DNA of 64,000 bases from Phoronis australis (Eukaryota; Animalia; Phoronida), in the NCBI GenBank assembly GCA_002633005.1, contig NMRA01000115.1, positions 700,622 to 764,621 on the forward strand, read 5' to 3'. Made by a program: the position numbers and the translations under genes. The notes beneath the pieces are model-generated. The model did no database searches and was not told the origin of the DNA. It saw only the letters and a list, made by a program, of their open reading frames with translations. Positions 1-12,400 of this stretch are shown one piece after another (position 1 is the stretch's first letter; the number at the start of each line of letters is the position of its first letter).

Positions 1-349
1 ATAATTCAACATGTACTATTTTGTTCAATAAGAGATTATTCACAAGACCAAAACAGTATCTGCTGTCTACAAAACCCCAGTTTATAAAAAGCCAACCCAG
101 ATAAATGAAGTCCAGTGAAACTGCAATCTTGCAACAAACACGTTGGCTCATGGAAACCCCACGGTATTCGAGGGTAAACTAAAAAAATTGACCACGGCGA
201 GCCACATTATAAATTGGGGTCTCATGTCAAAGTTTGTTAGTTGCAACGGGTTCTGAGTTAGAAAGTCCACCATACCAGTGAGCAAAAACTGCAATATATT
301 GTAACCCTAGTGTTATACAAGCATAGTAACAAGAATTAATGAGCCTGAC

Positions 350-3300
350 CTGCCACAGGGACTTCATAGAATTGCGTGCGAGGTTTGTGTTCCCTGAGAT
401 GGTATGATTTCTGGTTTTGTCCATCGCTTTCTGTAAGAAAGGATTAAAGCACCAATTTCAGTTAACTGAAAGTGTAGACAAAACTAAACTTCTCTCGTAC
501 AGCACACATCACGAAATTTTGTCCGGCCGGAAATTGGTCGACGACTAGTCGGTCGGCTAAAAATTAGCCGACCGGCAGCCGCCCGCAATGCCGACTCATA
601 AGGCGACCCCACAGCCGACCCTTTAGCCAACCCTTTAGCCGACCGGCTGGTCGGCTGCTATTTTTAGGCTAGAGTACCAGTTGCGTAATAGGTTGTCAGG
701 CTCATACCACTTTGCGTGTCGATGCATATTCGTCTTAGCACAGGGTCAAATAAATTAACCTAGTTTTGCTGTCTCGGCTACATGAGTTCACGTCGGTTGT
801 GTAACACCACTACTTCGAAGGTTGAAGGCAAGCGGCATTAGTAAACATTGGATTATGGACAATGCAATAAGTTTTGGATGAAAAACGTGAAAGTTTTCTT
901 TACATTTGATCTTTAATTTGACTTGTGACGTTAACAAATTGTATTAGATCGGTTGCTTCCCGGTCAATACAACGCTGTATAGTCATTTTGTAAACGCGAC
1001 TGTTTTTCGCAGTCTTCGCCCACAATTGATTTTGTTTGTGTAACGCCAAACTGCATCGTTTTTGCGTGTTTTAAGTTATTCACCGGTCTCCTATCACGCG
1101 CCCATGATGAAGGATTAGTGAGTGAGTTGTTACACCGCGAAGAGTTCTCACTCCGGGGATTTTATTTTCATAGTATTGACCCNNNNNNNNNNNNNNNNNN
1201 NNNNNNNNNNNNNNNNNNNNNNNNNNNNNNNNNNNNNNNNNNNNNNNNNNNNNNNNNNNNNNNNNNNNNNNNNNNNNNNNNNNNNNNNNNNNNNNNNNNN
1301 NNNNNNNNNNNNNNNNNNNNNNNNNNNNNNNNNNNNNNNNNNNNNNNNNNNNNNNNNNNNNNNNNNNNNNNNNNNNNNNNNNNNNNNNNNNNNNNNNNNN
1401 NNNNNNNNNNNNNNNNNNNNNNNNNNNNNNNNNNNNNNNNNNNNNNNNNNNNNNNNNNNNNNNNNNNNNNNNNNNNNNNNNNNNNNNNNNNNNNNNNNNN
1501 NNNNNNNNNNNNNNNNNNNNNNNNNNNNNNNNNNNNNNNNNNNNNNNNNNNNNNNNNNNNNNNNNNNNNNNNNNNNNNNNNNNNNNNNNNNNNNNNNNNN
1601 NNNNNNNNNNNNNNNNNNNNNNNNNNNNNNNNNNNNNNNNNNNNNNNNNNNNNNNNNNNNNNNNNNNNNNNNNNNNNNNNNNNNNNNNNNNNNNNNNNNN
1701 NNNNNNNNNNNNNNNNNNNNNNNNNNNNNNNNNNNNNNNNNNNNNNNNNNNNNNNNNNNNNNNNNNNNNNNNNNNNNNNNNNNNNNNNNNNNNNNNNNNN
1801 NNNNNNNNNNNNNNNNNNNNNNNNNNNNNNNNNNNNNNNNNNNNNNNNNNNNNNNNNNNNNNNNNNNNNNNNNNNNNNNNNNNNNNNNNNNNNNNNNNNN
1901 NNNNNNNNNNNNNNNNNNNNNNNNNNNNNNNNNNNNNNNNNNNNNNNNNNNNNNNNNNNNNNNNNNNNNNNNNNNNNNNNNNNNNNNNNNNNNNNNNNNN
2001 NNNNNNNNNNNNNNNNNNNNNNNNNNNNNNNNNNNNNNNNTGCTTCGAATGTACAATTAGTAATCATACTTTTGCAGTGGTTCATATCAAACGGATTCAT
2101 TAAATCCAGTAAATATTTTTGCAACTGCCGATCTGCATATTAGACATGCATATTGCATCATACCTCATCAGAGTAAAACTTGTTATCAATCATAGTAGAA
2201 ACATTTATTTTTATCATTGCCACAAGACGTTAACAAACGCAGTCAGTGTCTGTAACTGTTGTGTCTACATTGCTGATGAATTAAAGTCGGTCTAATTCCA
2301 TTTTTATATCACTGATTCATGCCAAAGGTTTGAAATTGCGCCCCCTTAAGAGTTTTGACTTGCCCTGGTGATCACTAGAATCCGATGCAATAAACTTATA
2401 GAAGTTGTTTTTAACCAGGGTAATAGAGCTGAATATTCTGTGCGTTTTCGTTTGCGAGAGTGTTCTTCTTGAATCACTGGGTTAATAATTTTTACGCTCT
2501 ACATGAAAACACAGACAATTTTTTTAGGATTACCTGTACCAGGTTACCCCGAAAACGTTATTTTCAAAGTTTTACCCCCTGGAGTATACGCTAAACGCCA
2601 AGTATTGTGTTCTTACGCAAAAGGGCTCGGAAGGCTCTAGCCTTGGTGCGAAGGTGTTTACTAAAATAAATTTGCGCCGTTGTGGGTAAAAACTGACCGA
2701 ATAAAATCTTCCTAGAGTAATCTAAATTATTTACCAGCGTTGCAAAATTTGGTTTTCTACAATTATTCTGCTGCTAAAATTAGGGTATGACCTTTTGTGT
2801 CGACTTTCAACGCAATGAAATATTGCGTAACCTATTAGTCAGTTTCTTTTTCCCAGATTCTTCAATCAAACGTTCTCCCTCGAGGTTGCGTAAACGTCAC
2901 GACAAATGATCAGAATTGGTTTCACTTCATTATATGTTTTTGGAATTTTGATATCAGTGAACCAAATTTTAGAACAAATTTTGCTGAGATGTTGTCACCA
3001 TCTAATGGGAGATCTCGAAAACATTTTGAAAGTGGCGCGTCACGAATGAACTCTTTTCAAAACGACAACATACGTTTTTTCGTTACAAAAGGCAGAGAAT
3101 TACGCAAGAAGATGACGTCGGATGTTTTTCGTTTAAACGGCCGTAAATGGCAACTTGAATGCCAATTGGCTTCCAGAGTTTGCATGCAAACTCGCCGGTC
3201 TTGAGCTCATGTTGATACAAGCTTTTCGACGAGGTGACAAGCGTACATGTAACTATCCGGGCTGTGTGAAGTTTCGAGGTCTGTTAAAGCTCAATACGCA

Positions 3301-6300
3301 GTGGCACCTTGCTGTATTTTGAAAATAGTCTTCACAGCTAGCTGGCTAGGTAGGAAGGCTCTAGCTTCGAAAAATTTTTTACTGCAAAAGTGAAAACGAT
3401 TTCAGAATGATGATGGATGATGGATTACACTACAAACCGATCACAGTCTTCCGTTTTCATGCGCCCATGATTTAATATCGGCGCTATGTTCAAACCATTG
3501 TTTATATTGTTCCTAAAATAAACTTGGGTTCTATTGCTGTACCAACATATTAAGAAACTATACAGAAATAAACAATAATTATCTGTGGTAAAGAGCAATA
3601 TACAGCGTGATGAACTGATGATCAAGAGCAATAACGGATGAGCGCAAATGCATGCTGCTTCTTGAGCAATCCGCGGCATGAAAACATTTAAGGTCGTAAA
3701 ATATCCAGTGTTGTATTCTGATTTTTATGAAATTTTGCTGCAAATTTCAAATTTCGTGCTTGTTTTTATGCATAATGTACTGTGTAAAAAGTCTCATATC
3801 TAAAGTTAGAAATTATTTTTCCGCTATATCACTTAACGTTTGATTTTACCACGCCGTCATTAATTCAACATAAGGTTTTCGGCTTGTGTAATGTCACGCA
3901 CTTCATATTTGTAGGTTGATTCGATTTTACCTCCATTCAATAGTTGAACAAAATTTGATAAACCGATGTCAAGACCGGAGTTGCCACTGGTAAACAGTTA
4001 AATCTTTGTTTGTCCAAAGTTCACCCGCTATGTCATAAAATGGTAATTGCCGACCAAGGACACGCTTAATCCGAATTGGTCGTCTACGCTAGGCGACCAA
4101 TTAGCCGACCCAAGTGACGACCACAGAGGTGACTCAGCAGACGGCTCCTAGCCGACCGTTGTTGGTCTGCTGCTGGTCGGCTAGACGACCGGTCGACGGC
4201 CGGTCATCGACCAATTTCCGACCAGTCGGCCAAAAATTCATGATGTGTGCTGTATCTCTATGTGACGATACATTTCTAGACAGATGCACTAGCTAGACAA
4301 CCAACATCTGAATCTCATATTCACTTAACAACAGCTTTTAATTGTTCTCTTCTAATTGATTATTTTCTTATTCCAAGTACCATTTCAAAACATGCTTGAA
4401 TAACACTAAATCTATTGAATAAGCTGCACTCTTATAATGCAATTTTATGAGACGATTGAAGTGACAAAAACAACTAACTGCTTATGTCTATTAAATCATC
4501 CACCTGCTACTAGATGCGATGCATCTGAAGATGCATACCTGCAACATGCACACTCATCAAGATAGCAAAGCAAATGTACAATATTTTTACATTCAACATT
4601 ACTGCCAATGAGTCGAGCACATTACCTTCATCTTCATCTCCCTCTTCTTCAGATGAGTCCTCTTCCTCCGTTGTCTTGCCGTCTTCCAGAGGCATGCCAT
4701 ACATATCACGCTTGACAGGGCCCTTCCTCAGTCGCTTCACTCGACTGTACATGTCGTTGAACTGTGGACGAGTAACGTGAAATGTTTTCGCACGGTTTAA
4801 CAGCAGACAAAGAACACCCCAGTGCTTAACTAACATGTTTTTAAGGAATATATATATCTCTTTGCACTGTCAAACAACATCATGTTGCGCACAAGAAATT
4901 TCAGTCAGTTACGCGATAACTATAAAAAAATGATGACTTGCCTCTTTCTTCAAGTCATGGCAACAAACTAATACATTACTACAGATAAAAGTCACCAAGA
5001 ATTTTATTCTAATTTTTTATCAAATCAATTTTCAGGTGGTAACTTGGGTTGACACCTCCCTATGGAACAATGTTTAAACCAGCATAATCATAAACAAAAC
5101 AATTAGAAAACACACCTCTTCTCCATCATCTGGCTCATCATCTTTTTTCTTGGCGTTATTGTTCTTCGAAGGTTCCTCATGCTCGTCATCAGATTTCTGA
5201 GACACGTAGCCAATCAGCGATTGATTAAACGAGTCGTAGAGCTGCTTTCGGTGTCGACCGCTTCGACGGATACCTTCGTCTTGACCGTTCATCAGTGGTT
5301 TCTCAGGTTTGGTGATAGGTGACATCTTCTGAAGTCTGTGGAGGTGTTCATCGTTTAATCAAGAAGCCAGTTACAAAAGGAACCATGACAATTTTCTAGT
5401 AAAAGGAACTCAAATTATCATTTATCCATGTATACTGTGTTGGTTTGGCATATGAAATACATTAGGAAGTTCAAACAAATGTTTCTGACAGAAGTTAAAT
5501 TTGTAATAAGCTGCAAGTAACACGTACAGTCTCTAAATACTGAGCTAACATGGATCTATCGGAGCAAAATGCTTGTCATAGCAATAAAATGGCACGAACT
5601 GCATAGAAAAAGTGCATTCAAGCTGTCTTGCCCTGGTGACAGAGCACAGTGCAATCGATAACAGAACGCAGTTTCGAAGTCACCAAACCCCTCCTACCTA
5701 GCGGTGGACCTCCTTGTACCATAGTGGTGCTCAGCTTCTGCTAGGTCACTCTCTTCGCTGGACGAATAACCCTGGCAACACAAGAAAGTTTGGAGTAAGA
5801 GTAAGAGGGACAGGCTCAAGTTCGGAGAAAAACTGGGTTTGAATAAAAAAGTAAGTTACAGAAGGTCCGTAAATTTACATTCGAAAGTTAACTATACAAC
5901 GGATATATGTTTAGAACTTAACTTTTATTTACACGTGTCCGTTTACTGCACAAAAGTTATATGTTTAGAACTTAACTTTTATTTACACGTGTCCGTTAAC
6001 TGCACTAAAGTTATATGTTTAGAACTTAACTTTTATTCACACGTGTCCGTTAACTGCACAAAAGTCATATGTTTAGAACTTAACTTTTATTCACAAATGT
6101 TTACTGTATAATTGATGTAGGGCTAGGACTTAACTTTTAATCACCACATCATGTCTGTTTACTGTACCACAGATGCAGATATAGAACGCAACTTTAACCA
6201 CATCATGTTATTTACTTTTATTGACCACATCAAGTCTGTTTACTATACCACAGATGCAGGTTTAGAACTCAACTTTAATCACATCATGTTATTTCTAATC

Positions 6301-8883
6301 CCATCATGCCTGTTTAATATGCAATCAATGCAGGCTTAGAACTTTCCATCTCGCAAGCAAATTTTTGCGTGTTGAATTTTGAACTTGAAACAAAACCAAT
6401 CACTTGGTGGTTAGTTTCCTTTAGCTATAAAGATCATGTTTATTGTTTTAGATGTAGACTTTATTATGATAAACTCAAAAAGCACTAGTTCAGATCAAGT
6501 GCTTTTAAAACATTCATCAGGTGCTTGTGCAGATGTCTTGTACACCATTCAGCAGAGTCCAACTGCCTCCCTTGTAAGAGCTTGATTTTGCAACTTCAAG
6601 GTCTTCCAAGCTCACACAGAAAATACTACAGGAAGTAAACAACAGGAAATCACAAATATCGTAAGCAGGGCTTGGAATGGCCAATGACGAAAAAGAACCA
6701 AATTTTCCAGGTGATGTATCGTTCCACAAATAAATTAGGTTGTGTGATAGAAATATTCTTTGTGTTGTAAAATTTAACTGAAATAAACATTTTTGCATGA
6801 ATAAAGTCAAAATAATAATTCCAAGTCTTGCATACGGGGCACAATTGCGTTTGTCTGTCTCGGGTGAACCTGTACACGGGACATTGGGCTTGAGAGGAGG
6901 AAATCCTAATTTTCCGATCTCAAATGAACTTACGAACATTTGCTTGCTGAGCTCGCAGGTTTTTCAGTTTAGGTCTCTCGTTTATTAAATTTTTGCGGCT
7001 CTTGCCGACGAGCTTTGGCGACTTCAGTTCCCTTTTGGCGACTTGCGAATTTTGTCATGACACATAAATTTGGCGAGTTGACGTTATGCTTTAAGCGTCA
7101 AGCTATGCTCATTAAAATTCATGCTCAAAAATTAAACAACCCAGTACCGACTTGTGCTCAATAATTGAGGAAGTGTGGCACCATGTTCTGTTCTTAGCAA
7201 GTCAAGAATTACCATAGTTTACCCATTTAATTTTCTACCTTAAAACAAGCATGTTACTAAAGTACCGAAAGCCAGATAAAATTACATTTTGATGGCATGT
7301 CGACAACGATTCTAACAATATCTGGGTGGTGTGAAATTTGCCGAGTTGATTTTTCCCGTCTTAAATGTGCACCAAAAACTCATTTAAATTTCCACAGAAA
7401 AAGAATAGGCAAAAATATGAAGTGCAAAACAGAATGAATTAAGCAACATAGTTTAAACAATCGTCAAAAATTGCTTTGTGAGTTTCACCTCCAACTTTTT
7501 TCTTGGTACAGACATAATGCTGACATTACTTTAACATAATCAACAGGTGGCGCTGCTAGACCACAACAAAGAATGGTCAAAATGCATACTCAATAAAATT
7601 AAATTGACCAATACTTTTTAAGTCACAAAATAAAAAAAAATTTACAAGTCATATTAATAAGCCAAAGATTAAAATCACCTTATTTCAACATTGACTGATG
7701 GACTTTGTTTCGTCAAAGTAAATTAGTAACACTTTTTGAAACTAAACAAGAAATAATTTATTTACTTTTATTAAAAAAACCAAGTGCATGTAAGAGACCA
7801 GTATATGTTTATTGTAACAACAGAGAGAAGTTTAAAGGTATCCTACAGACTTCTTGAACTTTACTAGATTTCACCAGAGCTACAAGACAACAAAATCTGT
7901 TGTTTTTGAGATGCTATTATTATTAGCTAATTCTCATCGAAGTCCGCTTAACATTCGTTGAAATCAAGGCCGCTAACTTTACCATTTATATACACTCAAA
8001 ATGGGAAGAATTTATCTTCCCCAACACAGCAACATTAGATGTACAAATCCACATTGTGGCTCATCTCAGAAAATTTACCTTTTCTCGTCGAAACTGTCTC
8101 TTAAATAAATTGACAATTCCTTGGTAGGCTTAGTAAAAGACACAGGATTGCAAATGAAAAATTGAGAAGCAGTATGCAGCCACAGTATTAGACTTCTACA
8201 TTTCAGCACACATCTGTAAGATTTTTAAGGGAGTTTCTGATATCGGGAAAATATGGCAGTTGGGGATCTATGATATGATGTCGTCTGCTTAAAACATTTT
8301 GAACGGATATCATAGAATGTCAATACAGTAAGAAAACCTGTCACTATAATAATAGAGGTGGAAAAGCTAAAATGTTGAACTTTGCCAACGTCTACATTTT
8401 CTAACATTCATTTAAGACAAAATTGTTTGCATAGCCATCAAAAACATCTCAATCTATTTCATTTTGAACAGATTGAGATTCAGAACTAATATTCGACAAA
8501 GTCCATGGCAAATTATTGTCATCATGCAATTCAAATCAAACAAAGTCTTTTTGATATTCTGCCATTTCAAATAATTTAAGGATGGTTCACTTGAAACAAA
8601 GTGATAGTTTTGTAAAACGTAAACAAGTTAACAAATGCTGAGACATCAAAAATCGTAGAAAACCAAGAAACACTGGAATCCAACATCACACACACACCAC
8701 TGACTGTTGAGAGTTGAAAGTCAACATGGCGTTCACAGTTGTTACGAAAGATAAGTAAATTTGGTAACTTACGTCCTTTCCTACCCTTTGCATGTCATTC
8801 TGCAGTGGTCTTCTGGACTTCAGCGACAAAAATGTATCCGGGGGATCATCATCAGGCTCTAAACTGTGCCTAGTTTTGACCAT
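350..8883 (-). CDS. ATAD2: ATPase family AAA domain-containing protein 2/2B orthologue, 5' part (5 coding exons; continues beyond window start)
   Basis: Phase-compatible GT-AG exons 8883-8773 (MVKTRHS...FLSLKSRR), 5771-5698, 5335-5116 (RRSGRHRKQLYDSFNQSLI), 4761-4626 (DMYSRVKRLRK...acidic tract) and 430-350 (SYHLREHKPRTQFYEVP). These match the recalled vertebrate ATAD2B N-terminal motifs MVNTR, FESVNQSL, DMYSRVKRRR and YNLRQRK. The AAA and bromodomain exons are outside the window. Confidence 0.88.
500..4252 (+). mobile_element. Tc1/mariner element, sister copy of 25840-34643, within ATAD2 intron 4; interior hidden by assembly gap
   Basis: TA|CAGCACACATCACGAA... and ...TTCATGATGTGTGCTG|TA (TA at 498-499 and 4253-4254). 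500-1182 aligns by eye to 25840-26556 and 2041-4252 to ~32440-34643. Confidence 0.93.
1183..2040. other. Assembly gap (858 N)
   Basis: Run of N; the poly-X ORFs in the track are artefacts. Confidence 1.
5885..6340. repeat. 54-bp minisatellite in ATAD2 intron 1, degenerating rightwards
   Basis: TATATGTTTAGAACTTAACTTTTATTTACACGTGTCCGTT... recurs at 5904, 5958, 6012 and 6066, followed by diverged units. Confidence 0.92.
6666..6830. mobile_element. Short MITE-like repeat (CAGGGCTTGGAAT...ATTCCAAGTCTTG), possibly hAT-derived
   Basis: Imperfect terminal inverted repeats; related copies at ~12403-12651 and 48358-48601 in the opposite orientation. No clear TSD. Confidence 0.55.
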
Positions 8884-9485
8884 AATTGTCGTAGAAATGC
8901 ACGAGACTTACAAACATTTGTTCAATAAGAAGGTCGAAGTGCACACTTTCTCAGTTCGTCCGCGTCACAACATAGAGCAGCTTACGTCACTGTGACAATC
9001 TGTAAAACAGTCCAAAGGTAATTACAATATTCAAAAGTTGGCTTTTGCTGGTTTCCGGTGTCGCAGACTCATTTAACTTTGGTCACCGACTTTATTATAA
9101 CAGAAAACACGCGGAGTGGTAAGCACTGGCTGACTTCGGTGACATCACGAATATGGCGGGAAGTACTATTTCAAAAATTCCGCCAAAAAGAAATTTCTTT
9201 GAAGAAGGATCCTGTGGCTTGTGTAATGTTATCTACGGGTATTTCTTTAGACCGGCCCCTAGTGGATGTGGGGTAATGAAAAATACGGGTAAATCATTCA
9301 CAGATAGCATCTGTAGTGTGATTTAGCAGACGTCTTTGTTCTGTTGACCCATTTTTCTGATCCAACATATTTACCATTTCCCGGAAGTTTCAGGTGCGCG
9401 TGCTCGACGACAAAGTTTCGAACTTGCGTTTTCGCTGGCATGAGTGCCTTGTGTTGTGATTAGCCTGCTCGCAGGCGAACTGTAG
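8884..9485. promoter_or_regulatory. Probable bidirectional promoter between ATAD2 and the TMEM244-like gene
   Basis: About 600 bp between divergent start codons; CpG-containing; E2F-like TGGCGGGAA at 9153-9161 and TTCGCCAAAA-like motif at ~9178; CCGGAAGT (ETS-like) at 9381-9388. Confidence 0.55.
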
Positions 9486-12400
9486 ATGAAGACTTCTGTA
9501 CGTGCACGTTGACTGTATATAGTGGACTAGTATTGTCTGGTGTACTTAGATATAGAAAGCTTAGAAATCGAAGGCAAAGCTGACTAGACTGATTCCCCGT
9601 CTGTGTAGACAATCATTGACCAGGCATCGTCTCTGCTGACGCAGCCAGTGGCAGTAGAGTAGGCAATTACATCGCCCTGGATGCCGCAGGCGTAGAGACG
9701 ATGGAGCTCTTATAGGTGCTTCATACGACGGAAGCTTTTCGGGGAATTATACCTCACACTGACTAAAACATCATGCCTTTTGCGCATAGGGACACCTTAG
9801 TTCTTAATTAGGAGGTCATCAATGTAAATTTAATAATTCCTTCCACTCGAGCAAATACTCCCAGCCTGCTATCAAACTTTTTTTCGAGCAGTCCCTTGTT
9901 CAGTTCCCAAAATTGGTAACTCGCCATTTTTAACACTGCACTGACAGGTGGCATGACGCATGTATCCCCTAGCGTGCGCAGTGCGAAAATGGCGAGTTAC
10001 CAATTTTGCGAACTGAACGAGGGACTGCTCGAAAAAAAAGCTTGAAACTAGAGTATTTGTTGGAGTTGGAAGGAATTAAATTCGTGGATGACCTCCTGAG
10101 GTGTCCCTCTATGTACAAAAGGTATTTATAACAACGTGACTTCGTTGTTTTATTCAGTGCAAGGTATAATTTGCCAAAAATCTTCCGGCATACGAAGCAC
10201 CAATAGGAGCAGCCAGCAGAGACGATGGTCATTGTCTACCGTCTGTGCTGCTTTCTCTCGCGTAACTGGACTTTGTAGCCGTCTCAACTAGCAGTATAAT
10301 AGACAGTGACCGCCGGCAACATCTCTAGCTGGCCCTGGTAGAAACGTTGCTTTATACACCGGAATTTGGTGAATTATACTTCACACTGATTAAACAATCA
10401 AAGTCACGTTGTTATAAGTACATTTTGCGCATTAGGCTGTTCATTTCGATTCCTTCCAACTCGAACAGATGCTCTCATAATAAAACTTTTTCTTCGAGCA
10501 GTCCTTTGTTCAGTTGCCCAAATCGGCTAGGGCATTTTTAGCAACGCGCGCGTTTCTGGTGTGCGCGGTAAAAATAGGAGCACTTGCAGTGTAAAAATGG
10601 CCTGTTGCCGAATTTAGGCAACTGAACTAAGGACTGGTGGAAGAAAAAGTTTGTTTAGGGGTCGTATTTGTTCGAGTTGGAAGAAATTAAAGATATCGAC
10701 GGCCTTTTTAAGGTGTCTCTCTTTGCACAAAGGTAATTATGACAACATGACTTAGGTGTTTTAATCAGTGTGAGGCATAGTTCGCTCAAAAGCTTCTGTC
10801 GCTAGTCGGGCCAGGTAGAGACGGTGGCCTTAGACCCTTTATGTGCAGAAAACTTTTTGGCAAATTATCTCGCACTGATTAAACTCTTTAAGCCATGTTC
10901 TTACCTGCCTTTTGCACATAGATGGACACCTTAGGAGGCCGTTGATGTATTCAATTCTTCTCAGCTGGAACAAATAGTCCCACAATCAACTTTATTTTTG
11001 AGCTTTCTTTCATTTAGGTGCCCAAATCGGCAACTGGCCATTTTTACACTGTACGTCCCAGGAGATATGCTATTTTCCTTGGTGTCAAGACCAATACATT
11101 CAGTATTTTCGCAGTTAAACGATCAAAATGAAGTTTGGTGATTCAGATGAGATGTGATTTTAAGTTTGGGAATTAAGAACTGATGGTGCTCGATGCTTAA
11201 AGTTCTCCCTTTGACATGCCAGTCATCGAGTTGTAACAAACTGTCAATTGTTACCAAGCTCCAAATGGACCACTACCATCAGTAAGAAGCTAGTCAACAT
11301 TAGAACTGGTAGAGGTCTGACTTAAGCTAGTTTCTTTGGCCGAAAACAGTTTTGTGTATCTGACTTTAATTTTATAGACTAACTGACTCATGGCGTTCAG
11401 TTTGTTTTGAGTGCTTTGTTTACATGTCCGTACATTGTTTTTCAGGACATTCTTATCAACCTCTTGAAGTGTCTGATAGCACACTACGCAGTATTTTACA
11501 TTGTAGCTGCTATCTGCTATGGAGCATTCAGGTATATTGCCAAACTTAATCTATTTAAACTAGTTCTCAAAATACCTTTAATATGTTTAATGATGATTAT
11601 TATAAATAATTACAATAGTTTTGCTATTAAAGCGTTAATCCTAGTGTTTTTATATGTGCATGATTTTTGCTTCATCAACTACTTATTGGTCCATCAATTG
11701 TTTATTTTTGCTTTTGTTGCTCAGAATTGAAACAGCATTGAACATATTAAGTCATCACTTGAGAGGAAGGGGTTTGGAAAGGACAATTCATGGTAAGGAA
11801 GGGGCTATCGATGGCGAGGAAGGGGCGTTAGACTCATGGTGACATCGTCATATGGGTTATCAGTACATATCGTTGGGAAACTAGGTCACCTTCTAGTGGA
11901 ATTTACTAATAGATTTGTCCCACATTACAAAGCAACACTCTTGCTGTATTTACGCACAATGCCGTAAACATCTGTAAGGCACATTTGCTGCCTCGTTTTC
12001 ATGCCACTGGAGTTTCACATTCATTGGTATTTATTGTTGTCTGGTTCTTAAGTTTTTCTCTGTTGCATCCGTCGAAGTATTACTGCAGCTGTGCTGTGGG
12101 CTGCAACTCCGATGTAAGAAAACTGGACAAATACCCATGGATGCGCGATCTGAAATTCTTCACCTTCAAGACATCAATGAGAGACATGAAAATATGTCTT
12201 GATTTCCAAAACAAGGTCACACACTTTCTTATCTCCGGGACAGTGAGATCTATCGCCGTGTAATCCGGGACTGCCCTATTCTGAATCAAGGACCTGGTGT
12301 TTCCCGTTTCCAAGATTTGATCATATTCCAGTAGGCTTACTTTATAAAAATGTGCACAGACCAATGACTGGTCCACTGCATCAGTGGTTAAACAGGGGGG

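Noticed and set aside
1118-2143. Four 300-340-aa ORFs in the track
   Set aside because: They are translations of the N gap.
5839-6339. Repetitive ORFs (CTKVICLELNFY...)
   Set aside because: By-product of a 54-bp tandem repeat in an intron; no splice or homology support.
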